DNA of 33,954 nt, taken from NCBI GenBank assembly GCA_964480825.1, contig CAYZRJ010000003.1:1-33954 (forward strand), in the 5' to 3' direction. Positions 1-6,987 of this stretch are shown here, one piece after another. A model generated the notes under the pieces. It did no database searches and was not told the DNA's origin. It saw only the letters and a program-made list of their open reading frames with translations. Positions within the stretch are counted from its first letter, which is position 1. Each line of letters opens with the position of its first letter. The DNA comes from an uncultured Candidatus Saccharibacteria bacterium (GTDB lineage Bacteria; Patescibacteriota; WWE3; UBA101185; UBA10185). Position numbers and translations under genes: made by a program.

Positions 1-1
1 A

Positions 2-1477
2 GCCACAGACGTAAACGGTAGTCTGGATGTTATCAAAAAACAACAGAGTGATCAGACAAACCTGGATATAAAATTAAACTCTTTTACAATCGGGGAGGGA
101 CGGCAAAATAGTATAACAATACTTTATAAATCTAAATTTGTCGCAAATAAAACTGGCGAGATTTGGAATATTAATATTCCCCGTTCACAAATCGCAACGT
201 CAACGACAACGTATCATATAACCCTGGTGGTTCCAAAGACGTTTGGGCCAAAAATATTTGTGTCCCCTACCCCATCGATCGAAAAGTCAGACGACAATGT
301 AACCACATACTCGTTTGCAGCTGAAATAACAAATGGTCAAAATATCGCCGCATCGTTTGGTGAATATCAAGTTTTAAATTACAGAATCAGGTATCAAATA
401 ACAAATCCTAATTTTTTTACATCAAACTACGAAATAGCACTACCGCCAACGATAAACGAAACACAGGTTGTCGCGTATGAAAATCTTAACCCAAAACCGA
501 ATCGCACATATACAGACAGCGACGGAAATTATATGGCGGTATACAAAATAAGACCAAAACAAGCTTTGGAAGTTGAACTCAAAGGCAGTTCAAAATTAAC
601 AAGTAAACAGATAGACCCGCTACTGGGCGGTAAGTTTTCGGATTTACCAAAAAATTCGGTCAGAAAATACACTGAAAAAAAAGAATTTTGGGAAACAGAC
701 AATTTTCAAATAAAACAAATAGCCAAAGATCTGCGCAACCCCAATCTTACTGTGGCGGAAAACGCGAATAAAATTTATAACTATATTGTTGATAATTACT
801 CGTATGACTTTGGAATCGCTAAAAAAGATTTTGTTGACCGCAAGGGCGCTATTAAAGCCTTAAACGATAAAGCCGGGTGGGGCTGCATGGAATTCACTGA
901 TTCATTTATCGCTATTGCGCGTGCGATGGGAATTCCGACGCGCGAAATTAACGGTTATGCTATTACGACCACCGAATCTCAAAAACCAATTTCGGTAACC
1001 TTAAAAAACGGAGATTTATTACACGCATGGCCGGAGTTTTACGATCCAAAACTGGGGTGGATTCAAATCGATCCGACTTGGGGAGACACTTCGAATACTG
1101 ATTACTTTACCAAGCTGGACACCAACCACTTTGCATTTGTTATTAAAGGCGATAAGTCTGATTACCCGCTACCAGCTGGAACCTATCGAACGTCCAATTT
1201 AGAAAAATTAGTCGAGGTTGGTTTTTCTCAAGTAGATAAGACATCGCAGTTTAAAGGTAATTTTCAAACAAAAAAGCTTTTTACTTGGAATATTTTTGAA
1301 ATCATGGCAGGTAAACGAACATTTAAAATTACAAACACAGGAAAAGTCGCTCTATACTACGGCGTGGATAACGTGCTTATGCCCGAGAAAAGTGCAAACA
1401 TCTACGTTCCGAAAAATTCAAAAAGCTTGATGCTCAAAGACGCGTTTGGAGATGAGGTTACAAAACCGCTTCTTTAG
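2..1477 (+). CDS. transglutaminase-like domain protein (5' end lies outside the window)
   Basis: The frame of the listed ORF 227..1477 stays open back to nt 2 (ATDVNGSLDVIKKQQSDQTNLDIK...). The GTG at 227 is therefore internal and the gene is truncated by the window edge. Cys-His-Asp transglutaminase-like core: GWGCMEFTDSFIAIARAMGIPTR ... HAWPEFY ... IDPTWGD. Confidence 0.8.
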   Translation, partial: ATDVNGSLDVIKKQQSDQTNLDIKLNSFTIGEGRQNSITILYKSKFVANKTGEIWNINIPRSQIATSTTTYHITLVVPKTFGPKIFVSPTPSIEKSDDNVTTYSFAAEITNGQNIAASFGEYQVLNYRIRYQITNPNFFTSNYEIALPPTINETQVVAYENLNPKPNRTYTDSDGNYMAVYKIRPKQALEVELKGSSKLTSKQIDPLLGGKFSDLPKNSVRKYTEKKEFWETDNFQIKQIAKDLRNPNLTVAENANKIYNYIVDNYSYDFGIAKKDFVDRKGAIKALNDKAGWGCMEFTDSFIAIARAMGIPTREINGYAITTTESQKPISVTLKNGDLLHAWPEFYDPKLGWIQIDPTWGDTSNTDYFTKLDTNHFAFVIKGDKSDYPLPAGTYRTSNLEKLVEVGFSQVDKTSQFKGNFQTKKLFTWNIFEIMAGKRTFKITNTGKVALYYGVDNVLMPEKSANIYVPKNSKSLMLKDAFGDEVTKPLL

Positions 1478-4032
1478 TTCTCACTTAAACTTTTTAGGTG
1501 ATTTCTTAATGCTTCCGCGGTGTACGAAACCTTATTCCTTTTTAAATCCTCAATACTTCCGTTAAATAAAATTTCGCCGCCCTTATCACCACCATCTGGT
1601 CCAAGATCGATAACCCAGTCTGCATTGGCTATAACATCTAAGTTGTGCTCTATGACTAAAACAGTGTTTCCGCGAGCGGTAAAACGTTTAAGAATGGTGA
1701 TTAAATTTTCGAGGTCAGCAAAGTGCAAACCTGTTGTCGGCTCGTCTAAAATGTACAAACTGCTTCCCGTAGAACGTTTTGATAGCTCTAGTGCTAACTT
1801 AACTCTTTGCGCCTCACCGCCGGATAAAGTTGTAGCCGGTTGACCTAGTTTAATATAGCCCAAACCAACATCGTCCAGCGTCTGAATTTTTCTACTTATC
1901 TGCGGGATATGCTCAAAAAAAGTTAATGCCTCAGAAACATTCATGTCCAAAACATCGGCTATGTTTTTTCCTTTATACATTATTTCCAGCGCTTCACGGT
2001 TGTATCTTTTTCCGCCGCAGACCTCACATGTAACATACACATCCGGCATAAATTGCATTTCTATTTTTATCTGACCATCGCCTGAACACGCTTCGCAACG
2101 ACCGCCCTTTACATTAAAACTAAAACGTCCTGCAGCATAACCACGCACGCGGGATTCCTGAGTCATTGCAAATAACTCACGTATAAAATCAAAAACTTTG
2201 GTGTAAGTTGCCGGATTTGATTTTGGAGTTCTACCGATTGGAGTCTGCTCGATTGCAATTACGTTTGAAATATTCTCAAAACCTTCTATATCTTTAAAGT
2301 CTTCGGGCATTTCTTCGATTTTAAGACCAAATCTTTGGCGTAATGCTCTATACAAAGTATCCATAACTATAGTTGATTTACCCGAACCCGAAACTCCTGT
2401 GATACAGATAAATTTACCCAACGGTAAGTCAAGATTTACGTTCTTTAAATTTCTTCCCGAAGCACCTTTTAATATTAAATTTCTACCTTTGGTACTCTTT
2501 TTAGAAATATTTTGCTCCTCGTTATCCAAAAGTTGTTGCAAGTTTTCTTTTGCTTTTCCGCTATGTTTACCAACAACTAGTTTTCCTGATAAGTATTGAC
2601 CGGTTATAGAATTTTTATTTACCATGATTTCTTTTGGGGTTCCCTCCGCGATTATATTTCCACCGTGTTCACCGGCTCCCGGTCCAAAATCGAAAATATA
2701 ATCGGATTTGAGCATGGTTTCAGCGTCATGTTCAACCACCAAGACTGTATTGCCTAAATCGCGTAAGTGAAACAATGTATTTATCAAACGTGATTGGTCT
2801 TTTTGATGCAATCCGATAGATGGCTCGTCTAAAACATATAAAACTCCTGACAGTCCGGAACCAATTTGCGAGGCCAATCTTATTCTTTGGGCTTCCCCTC
2901 CCGACAATTGAGCCGAAGATCTTTCGATAGTTAAATAATCCAAACCGACGTCAACCAAAAATTTTAAGCGGTAAGTTATTTCTTTTAAGATGTTTTCACC
3001 GATCTTATTTTCCCTTTTGTTGAAAATATCGGGTAAATCGGCCACCCATTTGCGCGCATTTGTGATAGAGCCCCGACTAATTTCCCATATATTTTTACCG
3101 TCTATTGTAATGGATAAAGATTCTTTTTTAAGTCTCGATCCGTTGCAAACAGGACATATCTCCAAAACCATGAATTTTTCTATTTCGCTTCGAATAAAAT
3201 CTGATTCGGTTTCTTTGTGGCGTCTCTCTAAGTTTGGAATTACACCCTCGAAATTTGCGTCATAAGTATGCTCTCTGCCCTCTTTGGTTATGTACGTAAC
3301 TTTAAATCTTTTGCCCTCGACACCATATAAGATTATTTTTTGGTGTTCTCGCGACAATTTACCAAAAGGTATTTTTAAATTTATTCCGTACTCCTTAGAA
3401 ACTTCGTCTACTACCTTTTGGGTCCAGCTATAATGTTCAAACAGTCTAACCCACGGTAAAACTCCGCCTTCAGCAATCGAAAATGATTTATTTATTACTA
3501 AAGACTCATCAACGTGCAGTTGGGTTCCTAAGCCGTCGCATGCCGAACATGCTCCGTGAGGCGAGTTAAACGAAAATGTTCTCGGCTCGATGTCGGCTAG
3601 TGAAATATTGCACACAGGACACGCAAAATTTTCGCTAAACAAATAATCCTGTGTGTCTTTTGGGTTTTCAGGAAAATCCATAGATTTGTCTCTTACAAAA
3701 GTTATAACGGCACTTCCGTTTCCTAAATGCAACGCGGTTTCAATTGATTGAGTCATGGCTCTCGAAATGTCTTCGTTTTTAAAAGTTTTATGTGAAACAA
3801 CGTGGCGCGAAATCATTCCGTCAATTGAATGTTTGTTGGTTTTAATCAAATCAAAGTTGTCACTCAAGTCCCTTATAACACCGTCTATTCTTGCTCTAAT
3901 GATTCCTTGTTTTTTGAGATTTTCGAAAAGTGTAGAGTATTCGCCCTTTCGATCGCGAACGATAGGCGAAAAAACTATGAAGCGCGCGCCACGTTCCGAT
4001 TTAAAATACGCATCTTCCTGAAGTATATTCAT
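1474..4032 (-). CDS. uvrA: excinuclease ABC subunit UvrA, C-terminal ~88% (this frame stays open upstream to the frameshift at about 4114)
   Basis: Motifs: ABC signatures LSGGEAQRIRLA and LSGGEAQRVKLA; second Walker [10 protein letters not shown]; zinc modules CPVCNGSRL and CEACSGDG. Collinear with E. coli UvrA from the ...RARIDG region onward. The listed M at 4032 is internal: in the same frame upstream I read [33 protein letters not shown]. Confidence 0.93.
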   Translation of the reverse strand: MNILQEDAYFKSERGARFIVFSPIVRDRKGEYSTLFENLKKQGIIRARIDGVIRDLSDNFDLIKTNKHSIDGMISRHVVSHKTFKNEDISRAMTQSIETALHLGNGSAVITFVRDKSMDFPENPKDTQDYLFSENFACPVCNISLADIEPRTFSFNSPHGACSACDGLGTQLHVDESLVINKSFSIAEGGVLPWVRLFEHYSWTQKVVDEVSKEYGINLKIPFGKLSREHQKIILYGVEGKRFKVTYITKEGREHTYDANFEGVIPNLERRHKETESDFIRSEIEKFMVLEICPVCNGSRLKKESLSITIDGKNIWEISRGSITNARKWVADLPDIFNKRENKIGENILKEITYRLKFLVDVGLDYLTIERSSAQLSGGEAQRIRLASQIGSGLSGVLYVLDEPSIGLHQKDQSRLINTLFHLRDLGNTVLVVEHDAETMLKSDYIFDFGPGAGEHGGNIIAEGTPKEIMVNKNSITGQYLSGKLVVGKHSGKAKENLQQLLDNEEQNISKKSTKGRNLILKGASGRNLKNVNLDLPLGKFICITGVSGSGKSTIVMDTLYRALRQRFGLKIEEMPEDFKDIEGFENISNVIAIEQTPIGRTPKSNPATYTKVFDFIRELFAMTQESRVRGYAAGRFSFNVKGGRCEACSGDGQIKIEMQFMPDVYVTCEVCGGKRYNREALEIMYKGKNIADVLDMNVSEALTFFEHIPQISRKIQTLDDVGLGYIKLGQPATTLSGGEAQRVKLALELSKRSTGSSLYILDEPTTGLHFADLENLITILKRFTARGNTVLVIEHNLDVIANADWVIDLGPDGGDKGGEILFNGSIEDLKRNKVSYTAEALRNHLKSLSEN

Positions 4033-4052
4033 TATGCCATTAACTATCTCGT

Positions 4053-4457
4053 CTATGCTTTGACGTTGGATTTCACGACCACAATTCGGACAGTGAGGAT
4101 GACCGACTCGAGCAAAAGTCGCATATAGTCGTAAATTTCGGTAATTGTTCCAACTGTAGACCGCGGATTTCGAGAAGTTGTTTTTTGATCAATGGCAATT
4201 GCCGGCGATAACCCGTCAATTTTATCAACTTCGGGTTTATCCATTATGCCTAAAAACTGTCTTGCATAAGCAGACAGACTTTCGACATAGCGACGTTGAC
4301 CTTCGGCATAAATTGTATCCATCGCCAAAGAAGATTTACCCGAACCCGACACACCTGTAAAGATTACAAGTTTATTTTTTGGTATCTGAAGATCAATGTT
4401 TTTGAGGTTATGTTGGCGAGCGCCTGTAACAACAATGTGATTTAATGCATTTTTCAC
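4053..4457 (-). CDS. uvrA: UvrA N-terminal fragment, out of frame with the rest of the gene
   Basis: Reads (V/M)[69 protein letters not shown]...[12 protein letters not shown], the canonical UvrA N-terminus. After 4114-4117 it runs into 17 nonsense codons and a stop at 4053. The likely start is GTG at 4457 (in frame; it matches MDKIEVRGARTHNLKNI of E. coli). The listed ORF extension to 4622 lies in the upstream RNA unit. Confidence 0.85.
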   Translation of the reverse strand: MKNALNHIVVTGARQHNLKNIDLQIPKNKLVIFTGVSGSGKSSLAMDTIYAEGQRRYVESLSAYARQFLGIMDKPEVDKIDGLSPAIAIDQKTTSRNPRSTVGTITEIYDYMRLLLESVILTVRIVVVKSNVKA

Positions 4458-4464
4458 AGAAAGT

Positions 4465-4493
4465 ATTCTACGGTATTTTTTCGGGTTTGTGAA
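4465..4493 (-). promoter_or_regulatory. uvrA promoter, leaderless type
   Basis: Minus strand: TTCACA (4493-4488), 17 nt, TAGAAT (4470-4465), 7 nt, GTG (4457). Confidence 0.55.
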
Positions 4494-4504
4494 GATGTAT
4501 TGCT

Positions 4505-4553
4505 GGCAGAAATGAAACGAGCCGACACCTTTAATTAAATAGGTTGTCGGCTC
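4505..4553 (-). terminator. intrinsic terminator of the RNA unit upstream of uvrA
   Basis: Minus-strand hairpin GAGCCGACAACCU / AGGUGUCGGCUC (4553-4541 / 4530-4519, one bulged A) with a 10-nt AU loop, followed by GUUUCAUUUCU. Confidence 0.6.
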
Positions 4554-4872
4554 TCGTAACAAGGGGTTTAGCCTTGGAATTTGCGAAACTAGTTGCGTGA
4601 TTGAAATGTACAAAACTCGCAACTAGCTCTTCTTAGCATTTGGCAATGCCTCTGTTTATTCTGATGGTTTTTACTGACCAAGGTCTGAAGCCTTGCGTTA
4701 AATCCATAGGCGCTGTTTGGCAACCTGGGTAGAGGCATTCCCTGGGATCGGTTGGGTCTAGGCTGGCACGTCTTAGTGTGTCTTTGCGACCCGTAGCTCT
4801 CGCTGGTTGGCGAGATTACTTTGGAGAGGTCAGGATAAATTGAGTCCATTTTTCCTCTTGGTTTGGGAATGT
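4508..4872 (-). ncRNA. unclassified structured RNA candidate of about 365 nt (class unknown)
   Basis: It is bounded by a perfect consensus promoter and the hairpin/U-tract terminator. The core is 52-58% GC (hand count of rows 4681-4800) in an AT-rich genome. Several helices can be drawn by hand, including a 9-bp long-range helix and a 12-bp helix whose G-U pairs work only on the minus strand. No Rfam-type signature motif is recognisable by eye. Confidence 0.55.
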
Positions 4873-4878
4873 AGAGAT

Positions 4879-4907
4879 ATTATAGGGTATATAGTCAAAA
4901 CTGTCAA
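4879..4907 (-). promoter_or_regulatory. perfect sigma70-consensus promoter
   Basis: Minus strand: TTGACA (4907-4902), exactly 17 nt, TATAAT (4884-4879). It starts 15 nt after the uvrB stop codon. Predicted TSS is about 4872-4870. Confidence 0.75.
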
Positions 4908-4922
4908 TAGTCTCGCATAGCA

Positions 4923-6908
4923 TTAAATGGTGCGCTTAATCTCCCGCACCTTATCCCTTAGCACCGCCGCTTTCTCAAAGTTAAGCATTTCAGCCTCATA
5001 AATCATCTCTTTTTGCAGGTCTTTTACAACTTTTTTGAGCTCTTGTGGAGGTAGTTGTTGGTAATCTACGTCCGTTAGACTCTTTTTGCCTTTACTGTCA
5101 ATGTCTTCTTCGATTTCTTCGTCAACTAGACGCTCTCTAAACGGTTTTGAAATATTTTCCGGTGTAATATCGTGAGCAATATTGTATTTTTCCTGAATCT
5201 TACGTCTGCGATCTACCTCGGCAACAGCTCGTTTCATACTGTCTGTGACACGATCAGCGTACATAACAACTTCACCTAAAATGTGTCTGGCGGCGCGTCC
5301 CATGGTTTGTATCAAAGAAGTATCCGAGCGCAAAAAACCCTCCTTGTCCGCGTCCAAAATAGCAACTAATGAAACTTCCGGCAAATCCAATCCCTCGCGC
5401 AATAAATTAATTCCGACTAAAACATCGTAGTTACCTCTACGCAAATCGTCTAAAATCTCGGTTCGCTCTAAAGTATCAACATCTGAATGCAAATATGTAA
5501 CTTTAATATTTTGCTCCAACAAATAGTTAGACAGCTCTTCGGCCATTCTTTTTGTTAATGTTGTTACCAATACTCTTTCGTGGCGAGCAACTCTTTCTTG
5601 AATTCGGACCAATAAATCTTTAACCTGATCTTTGATAGGCAAAATAGTAACTTTTGGATCCAAAATTCCTGTTGGTCTGACTAACAACTCTGTAACTTTA
5701 CCTTTTGATCGTTCAATTTCCCACTCGTTTGGTGTTGCGCTTACATAAATTGTTTGATCGACTTTACCCAAAAACTCATCAAAGTTTAATGGACGATTAT
5801 CTAAGGCTGATGGAAGTCTAAACCCATATTCGATTAAAGTTTTTTTGCGGGCCTGATCACCGTTATACATACCTCGAACCTGCGGAATAGTGATGTGCGA
5901 CTCGTCTATAACCAACAAGTAATCTTTTGGAAAGAAATCCATCAATGTGTAAGGAGTAGACCCCGGATCTCGGTCGTCGAAATAACGTGAATAATTTTCG
6001 ATACCTTTGCAGTAGCCAATCTCTTGCATCATCTCTAAATCGTAGTTGGTTCGCTGCTCAAGACGGTAAGCTTCCAGATTTTTTCCCTGCGATTTAAATT
6101 CCTTTAGTCTTAGTGCTAAATCGGTTTTTATTTGTTCACGCACCCCCTGAACGCGGTCTGCCGGCGTAACGTAGTGCTTAGCAGGAAATATATCTACACT
6201 CTGAATTCTATCTTCAATGCTTGAAGCAGTTATCGGATCAAACGAGGATACACGTACAATCCTGTTATCTAAAAATTCTACTCTAATCGCGTAATCTAAA
6301 TAAGCTAAAAATACGTCAACTACATCGCCCATGACACGATAAGTTCCACGTTTAAAATCTATATCCGAACGCTCGTAGTTTATTTGGGTCAAACGCGTAA
6401 TAAAATCCAGCGCTCTTATTTTCATACCCGCCCGCAATTCTATCGCCATTTTTGAATAGGTTTCAGGCGAACCTAAGTTATAAATACACGAAACAGATGA
6501 AATAACAATCACGTCTTTTCTGGTCATCAAAGCTGTAGTTGCCGCTAAACGTAGTTTCTCTATTTTTTCGTTTATTGCCGAGTCTTTTTCTATATAAGTA
6601 TCAGTTGAAGGCAGGTAACTTTCGGGTTGGAAGTAATCGTAATAACTAACAAAGTATTCAACTGCGTTTTTTGGGAAAAAATTGCGAAACTCTTGAAATA
6701 ATTGTGCCGCTAAAGTCTTGTTGTGCGAAATTATTAAGGTCGGACGTTGAACTTTCTGAATAATTTCTGAGATTACAAATGTTTTTCCGGAACCTGTAAC
6801 TCCCAACAAAACCTGATTTTTGTCACCTTTAATTAAACCTTTTGAAAGTTTTTCTATTCCTTCGGGTTGATCGCCTGCGGGTTTGTAAGATGAAATTAGC
6901 TCAAACAC
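4923..6908 (-). CDS. uvrB: excinuclease ABC subunit UvrB
   Basis: Motifs: SSYKPAGDQPEGI N-terminus, Walker A GVTGSGKTF, DESH box (VIDESHITIPQ), C-terminal UVR domain (EMLNFEKAAVLRDKVREIK). The start is set at GTG 6908 (MFELISSYKPAGDQP, compare B. subtilis ..FELVSKYQPQGDQP) because TATACT sits 6 nt upstream. The maximal ORF starts at ATG 6929, which would lie upstream of that -10. Confidence 0.93.
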   Translation of the reverse strand: MFELISSYKPAGDQPEGIEKLSKGLIKGDKNQVLLGVTGSGKTFVISEIIQKVQRPTLIISHNKTLAAQLFQEFRNFFPKNAVEYFVSYYDYFQPESYLPSTDTYIEKDSAINEKIEKLRLAATTALMTRKDVIVISSVSCIYNLGSPETYSKMAIELRAGMKIRALDFITRLTQINYERSDIDFKRGTYRVMGDVVDVFLAYLDYAIRVEFLDNRIVRVSSFDPITASSIEDRIQSVDIFPAKHYVTPADRVQGVREQIKTDLALRLKEFKSQGKNLEAYRLEQRTNYDLEMMQEIGYCKGIENYSRYFDDRDPGSTPYTLMDFFPKDYLLVIDESHITIPQVRGMYNGDQARKKTLIEYGFRLPSALDNRPLNFDEFLGKVDQTIYVSATPNEWEIERSKGKVTELLVRPTGILDPKVTILPIKDQVKDLLVRIQERVARHERVLVTTLTKRMAEELSNYLLEQNIKVTYLHSDVDTLERTEILDDLRRGNYDVLVGINLLREGLDLPEVSLVAILDADKEGFLRSDTSLIQTMGRAARHILGEVVMYADRVTDSMKRAVAEVDRRRKIQEKYNIAHDITPENISKPFRERLVDEEIEEDIDSKGKKSLTDVDYQQLPPQELKKVVKDLQKEMIYEAEMLNFEKAAVLRDKVREIKRTI

Positions 6909-6923
6909 AAAAATAGTATAGCA

Positions 6924-6937
6924 TCGCAATATTGCGA
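6924..6937. promoter_or_regulatory. perfect 14-bp palindrome TCGCAATATTGCGA, candidate operator in the divergent uvrB / orf196 promoter region
   Basis: TCGCAAT | ATTGCGA is an exact inverted repeat. It lies in the spacer next to the uvrB -10 (TATACT, 6920-6915). Its right half is the -35 (TTGCGA, 6932-6937) of a plus-strand promoter TTGCGA-N17-TGcTATAAG (6952-6960). Confidence 0.5.
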
Positions 6938-6987
6938 GTATTAAGTATCTGTGCTATAAGGTATATACAAAAAGTAAAGGAGAAAAT

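Noticed and set aside
4105-4125. Programmed -1 ribosomal frameshift in uvrA.
   Set aside because: The site (A CUU UUG) is not an X XXY YYZ slippery heptamer, I see no obvious downstream stimulatory hairpin, and uvrA is not known to use recoding. A mutation or homopolymer error is more parsimonious.
4589-4849. 86-aa ORF (MDSIYPDLSKVISPTSESYGSQRHTKTCQPRPNRSQG...) as a protein-coding gene. It has a consensus promoter, an AGAGGA 4 nt before the ATG and a downstream terminator.
   Set aside because: Not fully excluded, but disfavoured. The product is strongly basic and rich in S/R/Q/P/N, has no hydrophobic core and uses many AGA/AGG/CGA codons. The frame runs straight through several strong helices, including a 12-bp hairpin. 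This looks like the translation of a GC-rich structured RNA. It is kept as the alternative hypothesis in the finding.
4505-4872. Calling the RNA unit RNase P RNA, tmRNA, SRP RNA or 6S RNA.
   Set aside because: Size and promoter would fit rnpB or ssrA, and there are faint resemblances (GAGGAAAAAUGGACUC, GCCAAAU, AACAG). However, the near-invariant GGAAAGUCC / ACAGAA..GGCUUA P4 strands are absent. So are the tRNA-like acceptor/T-arm and tag ORF of tmRNA, and the SRP GGAAGCAGC motif. I cannot support a class call without cmscan.
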